Shown here: in pieces, positions 8,401 through 16,815 of the stretch
Position numbering within the stretch: position 1 is the first letter of the stretch
Layout of the letters: every line of letters starts with the position of its first letter
IMG/VR virus record: IMGVR_UViG_2681813201_000021
Reading direction: 5' to 3' (one strand)
Length of the DNA stretch: 40,199 bases
DNA from: a virus
Taxonomy: Duplodnaviria > Heunggongvirae > Uroviricota > Caudoviricetes
Position numbers and translations under genes: made by a program
Notes under the pieces: model-generated
The model's database searches: none
Told to the model about the DNA's origin: nothing
Seen by the model: the letters and a program-made list of their open reading frames with translations, nothing else

Positions 8401-8889
8401 ATGAGTCTTTTGAATGAAGTTCAGAAATTCATTGAAGCCCATCCGGGCTGTACTTCCGGAGATATTGCGGATGCTTTTGCAGGTTACTCACGGCAGCGCG
8501 TTCTGCAGTCAGCAAGCAAGTTACGTCAGAGTGGGCGTGTGGCTCACCGTTGTGAAGGGGATACACGCAGACATTTCCCGCGCCTGACTGAGAGAGCGCA
8601 GGAGCCGGAACCACAACCAGTTCGTGAAACCAGACCTGTGCGCAATTTCTATGTCGGCACTAACGATCCACGGGTGATTTTGTGCCTGACCCGCCAGGCT
8701 GAAGAACTGGAGTCCAGGGGCCTATACCGTCGTGCTGCAACGGTGTGGATGGCGGCATTCCGTGAAAGCCACTCCCAGCCAGAACGAAACAATTTTCTGG
8801 CGCGTCGTGAGCAGTGCTTACAGAAAAGCAGCAAGCGCGCTGCATCGGGTGAAGAGTGGTATCTGTCAGGGAATTACGTGGGGGCTTAA
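8401..8889 (+). CDS. Hypothetical regulator (PerC-like C-terminal segment, tentative)
   Basis: ATG 8401 with RBS AGGGGGTG; LESRGLYRRAATVWMAAF segment resembles PerC-family proteins (recollection only). Confidence 0.35.
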   Translation: MSLLNEVQKFIEAHPGCTSGDIADAFAGYSRQRVLQSASKLRQSGRVAHRCEGDTRRHFPRLTERAQEPEPQPVRETRPVRNFYVGTNDPRVILCLTRQAEELESRGLYRRAATVWMAAFRESHSQPERNNFLARREQCLQKSSKRAASGEEWYLSGNYVGA

Positions 8890-9542
8890 TGAGTAATAAA
8901 TATTGCCAGGCGCTGGTGGAACTGCGGAACAAACCAGCCCATGAACTGAAGGAAGTGGGCGATCAGTGGCGCACGCCGGACAACATTTTCTGGGGAATTA
9001 ACACCCTGTTTGGCCCGTTTGTTCTGGATCTGTTCACTGACGGTGATAACGCCAAATGTGCTGCGTATTACACGGCGGAAGACAACGCGCTGGCGCATGA
9101 CTGGTCAGAACGTCTTGCGGAGCTAAAAGGTGCTGCCTTTGGTAATCCCCCATACAGCCGCGCCAGTCAGCATGAGGGGCAATACATCACCGGCATGCGT
9201 TACATCATGAAACATGCCAGTGCCATGCGTGATAAGGGCGGGCGCTATGTTTTCCTGATCAAAGCTGCCACCAGCGAATTGTGGTGGCCGGAAGATGCAG
9301 ATCATATTGCTTTTATTCGCGGGCGTATTGGTTTTGAACTGCCTGCCTGGTTTATCCCGAAGGATGAGAAGCAGGTGCCGACAGGCGCTTTCTTCGCTGG
9401 TGCTATTGCTGTTTTCGACAAGACCTGGAAGGGACCGGCAATCAGCTACATCGGGCGCGATGAACTTGAGGCATGTGGTGAGGCGTTTCTGGAGCAGGTT
9501 CGTCAGCAGGCGGAAAAACTGGTCAGGGAGATGGCGGCATGA
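8889..9542 (+). CDS. Phage DNA N6-adenine methyltransferase (Dam-like)
   Basis: NPPY catalytic motif (GNPPYSRA); start ATG 8889 overlaps upstream stop (TAATG). Confidence 0.8.
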   Translation: MSNKYCQALVELRNKPAHELKEVGDQWRTPDNIFWGINTLFGPFVLDLFTDGDNAKCAAYYTAEDNALAHDWSERLAELKGAAFGNPPYSRASQHEGQYITGMRYIMKHASAMRDKGGRYVFLIKAATSELWWPEDADHIAFIRGRIGFELPAWFIPKDEKQVPTGAFFAGAIAVFDKTWKGPAISYIGRDELEACGEAFLEQVRQQAEKLVREMAA

Positions 9543-9865
9543 CGACGTTAACTCAATGCCAGCAGCAGGTGCTGGATATGCTGATTTCTTATCAGAAAGA
9601 ACGTGGTTTCCCGCCAACCAATCAGGAGGTGGCAACCATGCTGGGATACCGTTCGGTGAATGCAGCGGTGGAGCATCTTCGTGCGCTGGAGAAAAAAGGC
9701 GTCATCACGATAAAGCGTGGCGTGGCCCGGGGGATAACGCTTCATACCGCGGTGAAGGACGACGACAGCGAGGCGGTCGGGATTATCCGCTCACTGCTTG
9801 CCGGTGAGGAAAACGCCAGGCTGCGTGCAGCCCACTGGTTACATGAGAGGGGCCTGAAAGTATGA
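9539..9865 (+). CDS. LexA N-terminal DNA-binding-domain protein lacking the peptidase domain
   Basis: 108 aa; QQQVLDMLISYQKERGFPPTNQEVATMLGYRSVNAAVEHLRALEKKGVI matches the LexA winged-helix pattern; no Ser/Lys S24 domain follows. Confidence 0.7.
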   Translation: MTTLTQCQQQVLDMLISYQKERGFPPTNQEVATMLGYRSVNAAVEHLRALEKKGVITIKRGVARGITLHTAVKDDDSEAVGIIRSLLAGEENARLRAAHWLHERGLKV

Positions 9866-10251
9866 AGCTGATTCTGCCTTTTCCGCCCAGCGTGAACACG
9901 TACTGGCGACACCCCAACAAAGGGGCGTTTGCTGGTAAGAGCCTGATAAGCGCGGCGGGGCGAAAATTCCAGAGTGCGGCGTGCGCAGCAATAGTTGAGC
10001 AGCTACGTCGTCTGCCGAAACCAACGTCGGCACCTGCTTCAGTGGAGATCGTGTTGTTTCCTCCGGATAACCGGATCCGCGATCTGGACAACTATAACAA
10101 GGCGCTGTTTGACGCCCTGACCCACGCGGGGGTGTGGGAAGACGACAGTCAGGTGAAAAGAATGCTGGTGGAGTGGGGACCGGTTATCCCGGAAGGGAAG
10201 GTCGAGATCACTATCAGTAAGTACGAGAAAACGGCGGGTGCAGCTGGCTGA
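9862..10251 (+). CDS. rusA: RusA Holliday-junction resolvase
   Basis: 129 aa; LPFPPSVNTYWRH ... RDLDNYNKALFDALTHAGVWEDDSQV matches RusA catalytic core. Confidence 0.9.
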   Translation: MKLILPFPPSVNTYWRHPNKGAFAGKSLISAAGRKFQSAACAAIVEQLRRLPKPTSAPASVEIVLFPPDNRIRDLDNYNKALFDALTHAGVWEDDSQVKRMLVEWGPVIPEGKVEITISKYEKTAGAAG

Positions 10252-10270
10252 GCAAAAGGAGAAACGAAGT

Positions 10271-11080
10271 ATGAATAATCTGATGGTCATTGATGGTATT
10301 GAAGTTCGTCGTGATGCTTATGGGCGTTACAGCCTGAACGATCTGCATCGCGCAGCAGTAGCATCTGGTGCAAATGCCAGAACCAAGGAGCCAGGAAAGT
10401 TTCTTTCCAGCCAACAAACTGTTGAACTTGTTCATGAATTGACCAACACCCAGAATTTGGGTGTTGACCCGGTGAGTGTGATTCATGGGGGAAATGAACG
10501 GGGAACTTATGTCTGCAAGGAACTGGTGTATGCCTATGCAATGTGGATCAGCCCGTCATTCCATCTGAAGGTGATCCGTACTTTCGATATGGTAACCAGC
10601 GCACCGGAAAAATTATCCGGGCAGGCTGCTGACAAGATGCAGGCTGGAGTGATTCTGCTGGACTTTATGCGCAGGGAGTTAAACCTGTCTAACTCTTCAG
10701 TGCTTGGGGCCTGTCAGAAACTCCAGGAGGCTGTTGGCTTACCGAATCTGGCACCGCGCTATGCCATTGATGCTCCTGCTGACGCGCCTGATGGCTCAAG
10801 CCGCCCCACGCTGTCACTGAGTGCATTGCTGAAGCAGTATGGTATCCGCCTGACAGCTAATCAGGCATATCACCAGATGGTGAAGCTGGGGATCGTCGAG
10901 CAGCGCGAACGATACAGCCGTACCGCGATTAACAACATCAAAAAATTCTGGTCACTGACAGCGAAAGGCTGCATGTTCGGCAAGAACATCACCAGTCCCG
11001 CAAATCCGCGCGAGACGCAGCCGCATTTCTTCGAATCCCGATTCCCTGAGCTGTTAAAGCTGCTCGATACCGTACATTGA
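10271..11080 (+). CDS. KilA-N domain protein / putative antirepressor
   Basis: RBS AAGGAGA before ATG 10271; N-terminal KilA-N-like region; C-terminal part unassigned. Confidence 0.6.
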   Translation: MNNLMVIDGIEVRRDAYGRYSLNDLHRAAVASGANARTKEPGKFLSSQQTVELVHELTNTQNLGVDPVSVIHGGNERGTYVCKELVYAYAMWISPSFHLKVIRTFDMVTSAPEKLSGQAADKMQAGVILLDFMRRELNLSNSSVLGACQKLQEAVGLPNLAPRYAIDAPADAPDGSSRPTLSLSALLKQYGIRLTANQAYHQMVKLGIVEQRERYSRTAINNIKKFWSLTAKGCMFGKNITSPANPRETQPHFFESRFPELLKLLDTVH

Positions 11081-11081
11081 G

Positions 11082-12077
11082 GTGACCGTGAGAGCACTAC
11101 TGACCCCTGAAATTGCCCCGCGTATGGGGATCGTATTGTTCAGACCAGGTTCAGAGCTGATGCCCCTGTTTATGCAGGGGCGTGTCCTGCTGGAGCCTGA
11201 GCCGGAACGTTATTCATCTTTCGCCAGTGGTGCCGTTCCGGCGGCATCACAACCGCTGGCGGATGATCCTACCGTTCGGGCCGTGTTCCGCAATGAGGCA
11301 GTGATCCGTCGTGCTGGTGGCGTGGAATGTCTTGAAAGCTGGTTACTTCGTGAAAAAGGCTGCCAGTGGCCTCATTCCGACTGGCACAGCGAGAACATGA
11401 CCACAATGCGACACGCTCCGGGTGCAATCCGTCTGTGCTGGCACTGCGATAACCAGCTGCGCGATCAGTTCACGGAACGGCTGGAATCAATGGCAACGGA
11501 TAACTGTGCCCGCTGGGTGTTGTCTGTTGTGCGTCGGGATCTCGGTTTTGATGACAGTCACGTTGTGACAATGCCGGAACTGTGCTGGTGGCTGATTCGT
11601 AATGACCTGGCGGATGCCTTACCGGAAAGTGCAGCCCGTAAGGCACTGAGATTACCGAAGCCTGTTGTGCCGTCTGTCACCCGGGAAAGTGACCTTGTGC
11701 CTTCGGTTCCTGCCACCAGCATCATCCAGGATAAGGCGAAAAAGGTGCTGGCGCTGAAAGTGGATCCGGAGTCGCCGGAGTCTTTTATGTTACGCCCAAA
11801 ACGTCGCCGCTGGGTTAATGAAAAGTACACGCGCTGGGTTAAGACACAGCCGTGTGCATGTTGTGGAAAGCCCGCTGATGATCCCCACCACCTGATAGGT
11901 TACGGTCAGGGTGGAATGGGAACAAAAGCGCATGACCTTTTTGTGTTGCCTTTGTGCAGAAAGCATCACGACGAGCTGCATGCGGATACCGTGGTATTTG
12001 AAGAAAAGTATGGCTCTCAGTTGGAGCTGATATTTCGTTTTATCGATCGTGCGCTGGCAATTGGCGTGCTGGCCTGA
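11082..12077 (+). CDS. DUF968-like phage protein with C-terminal HNH-like Cys/His motif
   Basis: 331 aa; C-terminus CACCGKPADDPHHLIGYG...CRKHHDELH; start uncertain (GTG at 11082). Confidence 0.55.
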   Translation: MTVRALLTPEIAPRMGIVLFRPGSELMPLFMQGRVLLEPEPERYSSFASGAVPAASQPLADDPTVRAVFRNEAVIRRAGGVECLESWLLREKGCQWPHSDWHSENMTTMRHAPGAIRLCWHCDNQLRDQFTERLESMATDNCARWVLSVVRRDLGFDDSHVVTMPELCWWLIRNDLADALPESAARKALRLPKPVVPSVTRESDLVPSVPATSIIQDKAKKVLALKVDPESPESFMLRPKRRRWVNEKYTRWVKTQPCACCGKPADDPHHLIGYGQGGMGTKAHDLFVLPLCRKHHDELHADTVVFEEKYGSQLELIFRFIDRALAIGVLA

Positions 12078-12095
12078 TTTTTGTGGGGTAAGTTG

Positions 12096-12440
12096 ATGCG
12101 TGATATGTATGAAGTATTGGACCGCTGGGGAGCATGGGCTGCAGCAGACAACAGTGGTGTGGACTGGCAGCCGGTAGCAGCAGGCTTCAAGGGGCTTTTA
12201 CCTCATGGCAAAAAGTCACGGATTCAGTGTGATGATGACGAAGGCATTATGATAGACAGTTGTGTGGCTCGGTTGAGAAAGTATAAACCAGAGGAATATG
12301 AGCTCATCATAGCCCACTTTGTTATTGGTATCTCATTACGCACTATTGCCAAAAGGAGAAGGTGCTCTGATGGCACTATTAGGAAGGAGTTGCAAACCGC
12401 AATCGGTTTTATAGAGGGGGTTGTAAGTATACTTGTGTAA
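12096..12440 (+). CDS. Putative late-gene regulator in Q position (C-terminal HTH, sigma-70 region-4-like)
   Basis: Last regulatory ORF before the late region; C-terminal ISLRTIAKRRRCSDGTIRKEL helix-turn-helix; start at ATG 12096. Confidence 0.4.
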   Translation: MRDMYEVLDRWGAWAAADNSGVDWQPVAAGFKGLLPHGKKSRIQCDDDEGIMIDSCVARLRKYKPEEYELIIAHFVIGISLRTIAKRRRCSDGTIRKELQTAIGFIEGVVSILV

Positions 12441-12467
12441 AATAATAAAAGGCGGTAGTACCGCCTT
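12438..12467 (-). terminator. Rho-independent terminator of the minus-strand three-gene operon (also ends the plus-strand Q-like gene)
   Basis: Stem AAGGCGG / CCGCCTT with 5-nt loop (12449-12467); on the minus strand it is followed by UUAUUAUUUUA. Confidence 0.65.
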
Positions 12468-13080
12468 AATGATCGAATCGTTGTATGTTTTCATGGAATC
12501 TACAAAAGTGAATAGATATTTTGAATAGTAAAATGTAGAAACCAACTTGACTTAAAGTTATGGCTTTGCATTTATCATTCAAGAGTTTTTGTAATTCTTC
12601 CGTTGGTAATTGGTATACATCATCAAGAAAAACGATGCATTCTTCTAAGTTGTCTGATTCAGGAAGATAAAAAATATTAGTAATTAACTGCTTCCTTATA
12701 GCATCAATTTTGCTATCTATTGAAGTCTTAGAAACTCCGTTGGAGAGAAGAATAGCTTCGAACTTAGATAAACTTACTAACGGAGCAAAGACTGCACGCA
12801 TTGGCACATCACGATTATTACTTGTATCTATATCGCAACTGTTGCTTAATATAATGCCTCGTGTTTTTTTAGTCCCTTTAATTGAATATACTGTAAGCTC
12901 CTTAAATATATCTCCCTGAAGTGCAGCATTTTTCAGATCATCATGATAATTGCTAAGGTAGTAGTTAGTGTTTTCAGGGAAATCTCTAAGTGCATTTATT
13001 AGCCCTTCTTTTTGATGAGCTGTTAAATAATATGGAATTTGATCTTTGAATTTCTCGATATCAAAAATGTTATTACTCAT
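12466..13080 (-). CDS. Hypothetical protein C of AT-rich operon (204 aa)
   Basis: ATG 13080 lies one codon after the stop of gene B in the same frame; low GC; no recognisable catalytic motif. Confidence 0.6.
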   Translation of the reverse strand: MSNNIFDIEKFKDQIPYYLTAHQKEGLINALRDFPENTNYYLSNYHDDLKNAALQGDIFKELTVYSIKGTKKTRGIILSNSCDIDTSNNRDVPMRAVFAPLVSLSKFEAILLSNGVSKTSIDSKIDAIRKQLITNIFYLPESDNLEECIVFLDDVYQLPTEELQKLLNDKCKAITLSQVGFYILLFKISIHFCRFHENIQRFDH

Positions 13081-13083
13081 CAC

Positions 13084-13428
13084 TTAATCCAAGTATAAAT
13101 CCCACAGTGAAGCATGAACGACTTTATTTATTTCACTGCCTAAAGACACCTGGTTTGTCGATAATTTTTCATAAAAGTTTGTCATCGAGACTGCAAGTCT
13201 TTGATCAACTGAGATTGTGCTCCCTGCTTTATATGTTTGTGTGATGGAATGAACTGAATCGGTAGTTGAAGACTTATACTCCAAAGCGTGATTTTTGACG
13301 ATTAAACTTTGTTGAGGACCATGCTGTTGATTTTGGGCAATGTCTGTTAATGCAGTTATATGCAGACCATATAAAACCAAAGTTAATACTTGAAGTTGAG
13401 CTCGATAAACATGATGAGACGGATACAT
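13084..13428 (-). CDS. Hypothetical protein B of AT-rich operon (114 aa)
   Basis: ATG 13428 preceded by GGTGG RBS, 15 nt after stop of gene A; no recognisable motif. Confidence 0.55.
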   Translation of the reverse strand: MYPSHHVYRAQLQVLTLVLYGLHITALTDIAQNQQHGPQQSLIVKNHALEYKSSTTDSVHSITQTYKAGSTISVDQRLAVSMTNFYEKLSTNQVSLGSEINKVVHASLWDLYLD

Positions 13429-13443
13429 ATCATACCACCATTT

Positions 13444-14193
13444 CTATTTGTAGGATGGTTCTAGTTCTTGAATTGTTGACTCTTTAAGGCAACTAAAGAA
13501 AGCTAATTTATTACAGGAGTGAAGATCATCAAGAATTTTTTTTGGTTCGTTTTTAAACTTATCTATTTCATCAGTATTAGTGATTTGCCTAATGCTGTCT
13601 ATGTCTAGGATTAGTCCTTTTTTATTAAATTCTCCATTATCTGACATGACTAAAGCATGAGATAATATTTGAATTATATTTAGAAATGCGCCTTCATTTT
13701 TATCGATTCTGATATTGATCGGATAATTAGACATAGACTCGCCAGCCATATTTAAGCTGACGTTTAGCTTATCAAATAAATTAGAATCGTCTTCTTTTGG
13801 GAAAAAATCTACATACTTTAATGAGTAGCGGATGATGTTGTCATTTAAATTTAATTTGTTAAGCTCATTTAATACATGAATGATTTTTTCTCTAAAATGA
13901 CTCCACCCTTGATATTTGGTGCTGGTGGATACAACAACACCATGGTCACTTAGTCCAATATAGTACCCTTCGATTTCGAGGCGACTGACAACTGCGTAAT
14001 GTAATTGTTCATCTCCCTCACGAACATTTTTAGGTATTTGACTGGGTGGTAAACTAATTACTGGTTTTGTACAACCTAGAGCGTGAAAAAGAAACCCTGG
14101 AACTATTTCCGATATTTGTGTTTCTTTAGAAAAACGCATTTCGAAAGCAGCTTCGATTACTGGTTGTTTTGATAGAGATGTTGGAATGAGCAT
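13444..14193 (-). CDS. Hypothetical protein A of AT-rich operon (249 aa)
   Basis: First gene of the operon; N-terminal PVIEAAFEMRF recalls an uncharacterised family (possibly TIGR04255-like; recollection, unverified). Confidence 0.6.
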   Translation of the reverse strand: MLIPTSLSKQPVIEAAFEMRFSKETQISEIVPGFLFHALGCTKPVISLPPSQIPKNVREGDEQLHYAVVSRLEIEGYYIGLSDHGVVVSTSTKYQGWSHFREKIIHVLNELNKLNLNDNIIRYSLKYVDFFPKEDDSNLFDKLNVSLNMAGESMSNYPINIRIDKNEGAFLNIIQILSHALVMSDNGEFNKKGLILDIDSIRQITNTDEIDKFKNEPKKILDDLHSCNKLAFFSCLKESTIQELEPSYK

Positions 14194-14420
14194 TTAAAAC
14201 CCATAGTATGTTTTATGAGCTGATTGGATTTTGAGCATAGCTACCGCACGAATCTTCGAGGAAGATCCAAACATGTGCCTAATGTCGCATCATGCTCAAG
14301 GCGGCATAAATTTTGTTTACTGAGTATAAGATTAACAACCATTAACTTCCATCAAAAATGCTAACGCGTACGCAAAAACTATTGTATCGTGTTAAGAGTG
14401 GTCACTTCGCCACACAGCTT

Positions 14421-14451
14421 AAACCCGCCGTCGAGCGGGTTTGTCGTTTCT
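14421..14451 (+). terminator. Hairpin terminator in late leader region (tR'-like)
   Basis: Stem AAACCCGC / GCGGGTTT, loop CGTCGA, tail GTCGTTTCT; sits between the Q-like gene region and the holin. Confidence 0.5.
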
Positions 14452-14593
14452 GGCCCCGGCTATTTGTTGAGCCTGGTCTATACCGCAGTTATCCATTGGC
14501 TCGGCCTCTTTTACGTTTCCGCTTCTGATTTGCGGTACATGATGTTCCCTCAATTTGCACCTCCTGTATTGGCGAGGTGAGAGATAACTACAA

Positions 14594-14920
14594 ATGCCTC
14601 ATAACCCAAATACCTGGCTGGAGTTGGTCCAGAGCTGGTGGCGTGGAGACACACCGCTGGGCGCAGTGATTATGTCGATTGTTATGGCTGGTTTACGTAT
14701 TGCCTATTTTGGCGGTGGTGGCGGCTGGAAGCGAAAAACACTCGAAATTCTACTCTGTGGCGCTCTGACGCTGACTTTTGCATCCGCTCTTGAGTATGTC
14801 GGATGGCCTAAATCACTATCTGTTGCCATTGGTGGTGGGGTGGGGCTGATCGGTGTCGATGCTATTCGTGGGGCTGCAATGCGAGTAATCGGTAACAAAT
14901 TTGGTGGCTCTAAGGAGTAA
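14594..14920 (+). CDS. Holin
   Basis: 108 aa with hydrophobic transmembrane segments and charged C-terminus, immediately upstream of the endolysin; RBS GAGGTGAGAG. Confidence 0.7.
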   Translation: MPHNPNTWLELVQSWWRGDTPLGAVIMSIVMAGLRIAYFGGGGGWKRKTLEILLCGALTLTFASALEYVGWPKSLSVAIGGGVGLIGVDAIRGAAMRVIGNKFGGSKE

Positions 14921-14923
14921 TTT

Positions 14924-15400
14924 ATGCAGGTACTAAATTCCCAGCGTAAAGCTTTCCTCGATATGGTGGCTTGGTCAGAAGGAACGGATAACGGACGACA
15001 ACCGACACGTAACCACGGTTATGACGTTATTGTTGGTGGTGAACTCTTCACTGATTACTCCGATCACCCTCGCAAACTTGTCACGCTAAACCCGAAACTC
15101 AAGTCAACAGCCGCCGGACGTTACCAGCTTCTTTCACGCTGGTGGGATGCTTACCGTAAACAGCTTGGCCTGAAAGATTTTTCTCCAGAAAGCCAGGACG
15201 TTGTAGCTCTGCAGCAGATTAAAGAGTGTGGCGCTTTACCGATGATTGACCGCGGCAATATTCGTCAGGCAATCGACCGTTGCAGCAATATCTGGGCGTC
15301 ATTACCTGGTGCAGGTTACGGTCAGTATGAACATAAAATCGGTGACCTGATTGCACGGTTTGAAGAGGCTGGTGGGGTGATAAATGAAGTTGAGCTATAA
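14924..15400 (+). CDS. R: Endolysin, lambda R-like lytic transglycosylase
   Basis: 158 aa; QRKAFLDMVAWSEGTDNGRQ...HGYDVIVGGELFTDYSDHPRKLV closely follows the lambda R sequence as recalled; RBS AAGGAG. Confidence 0.9.
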   Translation: MQVLNSQRKAFLDMVAWSEGTDNGRQPTRNHGYDVIVGGELFTDYSDHPRKLVTLNPKLKSTAAGRYQLLSRWWDAYRKQLGLKDFSPESQDVVALQQIKECGALPMIDRGNIRQAIDRCSNIWASLPGAGYGQYEHKIGDLIARFEEAGGVINEVEL

Positions 15401-15776
15401 GCTGGTTATCGCTGCTTTCTTCGTTACTGTCATTGGTTCTTTCATCTGGTCAGCCAACCACTACTACAGCAAATATCAGTACGAAAAGAAACGTGCTGAT
15501 GAGTCTGTACGAAATGCTGGATCAGCAATGGCCATTACCAATAACGTCCTGCAATCACTGCAAATCGTCAATACAGTTCTGGAGGCTAACCAGCATGCAA
15601 AACAGCAGATCGCACTGGAGTCACAGAGAGCCCAGGAAGATATCAAAATGGCCGTTGCGGATGATGATTGTGCTTCACGTCTTGTGCCTGCTGCCGCTGC
15701 TGAGCGGTTGCGGAAGTACGCGGACAGTTTACGTGAACACTCCGACGGCACCACTGCCAGCCAGCCTGACGGTTGA
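15384..15776 (+). CDS. Rz-like inner-membrane spanin (i-spanin)
   Basis: N-terminal transmembrane helix then charged coiled-coil-like region; overlaps endolysin 3' end; position after R. Confidence 0.7.
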   Translation: MKLSYKLVIAAFFVTVIGSFIWSANHYYSKYQYEKKRADESVRNAGSAMAITNNVLQSLQIVNTVLEANQHAKQQIALESQRAQEDIKMAVADDDCASRLVPAAAAERLRKYADSLREHSDGTTASQPDG

Positions 15777-15930
15777 AACCCCTCAGCCTGATTTACCTGA
15801 TCATTTTACGTGGGGCTCGAGCTTAGATCTGAATGCCGCCTTGTTGTCTGCATTGGCGCAGTGTAATACCGATAAAGCTGACATCAGAAGGATTGAAGTT
15901 GAGCGTGGTCACATCATGCAAAAAAAATGA
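15661..15930 (+). CDS. Rz1-like outer-membrane lipoprotein spanin (o-spanin), overlapped architecture
   Basis: Alternative frame starting inside Rz; signal peptide with lipobox LLSGC then Pro-rich segment; extends past the Rz stop. Confidence 0.55.
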   Translation: MMIVLHVLCLLPLLSGCGSTRTVYVNTPTAPLPASLTVETPQPDLPDHFTWGSSLDLNAALLSALAQCNTDKADIRRIEVERGHIMQKK

Positions 15931-16022
15931 TGTTCACTTTATTTTGTTCCTTGATTTGATATGTGATGACCCAATAGATACAAAGCACCTGATTTGGGTG
16001 ATTTTTTTGAAGGACTATACAC

Positions 16023-16343
16023 ATGAAAGACGGCATTTATTTTGTTGTGTTCAGAAGCGGTCATAATGATGTTGGCAATGGCACGGTCGTTGTGAAGGAT
16101 AATGCGGTTAATGGTGGTGATTTTGGGTTTACCTATCAGGGGCGTGTACAAGATGGGGTATTGAAACTTCATGTATCCCGCCACAACCCTTCAGCACAAA
16201 ACGTTATTGCAGGCCTTAACGATTATGTGATGGATCTCTCAGTGAGAGATATTGGGGATGGTTATTACCTTGAAGGTGGAATTGCTGGTGTTCCTGGTGC
16301 GACTCTGTCTGTACAGGCGAAATTTATCGGCAATTTGATTTAA
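16023..16343 (+). CDS. Hypothetical protein (moron after lysis cassette)
   Basis: 106 aa; RBS AAGGA; AT-rich upstream region; followed by its own terminator. Confidence 0.5.
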   Translation: MKDGIYFVVFRSGHNDVGNGTVVVKDNAVNGGDFGFTYQGRVQDGVLKLHVSRHNPSAQNVIAGLNDYVMDLSVRDIGDGYYLEGGIAGVPGATLSVQAKFIGNLI

Positions 16344-16357
16344 ATCGATTCTCTCCT

Positions 16358-16388
16358 AAACCGCCCACTTTCCACGGGCGGTTTTTTG
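16358..16388 (+). terminator. Rho-independent terminator
   Basis: Stem AAACCGCCC / GGGCGGTTT with 9-nt loop then TTTTG. Confidence 0.8.
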
Positions 16389-16438
16389 TTGCCATTACGA
16401 TGGGTAGACCAGTAGTAATGATTGAAGGAGAAATTTAA

Positions 16439-16789
16439 ATGCCCCCACGAACCCCAAAAGCCTGCCGTGTTCGCGGCTGCCGCCATACCACCACTGACCC
16501 GTCAGGCTATTGCGAAAGCCACAAAAGCGAAGGCTGGAAGCAATACAAACCTGGACAATCCCGTCATCAGCGCGGCTACGGTTCGAAGTGGGACAGTATC
16601 CGCGCGCGTGTCCTGAAGCGTGACAAAGGCCTGTGTCAGTTATGTCTGCGTGCCGGTGTGGTGCGTGAGGCGAAAACTGTTGACCACATCATCCCTAAAG
16701 CGCATGGCGGCACTGATGCTGACAGTAATCTGCAGAGTCTGTGCTGGCCGTGTCATAAGGCGAAGACGGCCCGTGAACGGTTAAAGTGA
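16439..16789 (+). CDS. HNH endonuclease (terminase-associated)
   Basis: 116 aa; Cys-rich N-terminus and DHIIPKAHGG...N...CWPCH HNH motif; sits upstream of terminase as in HK97-type packaging modules; RBS GAAGGAGA. Confidence 0.85.
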   Translation: MPPRTPKACRVRGCRHTTTDPSGYCESHKSEGWKQYKPGQSRHQRGYGSKWDSIRARVLKRDKGLCQLCLRAGVVREAKTVDHIIPKAHGGTDADSNLQSLCWPCHKAKTARERLK

Positions 16790-16815
16790 TAATAATTCTC
16801 AACTGTCTGAGGGGA

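Noticed and set aside
9123-9635. 170-aa minus-strand ORF across the Dam/LexA-like junction
   Set aside because: Antisense to two plus-strand genes with clear motifs; no RBS
14389-14580. 63-aa plus-strand ORF in the late leader
   Set aside because: No RBS, spans the terminator hairpin, hydrophobic low-complexity translation; the region is more plausibly regulatory
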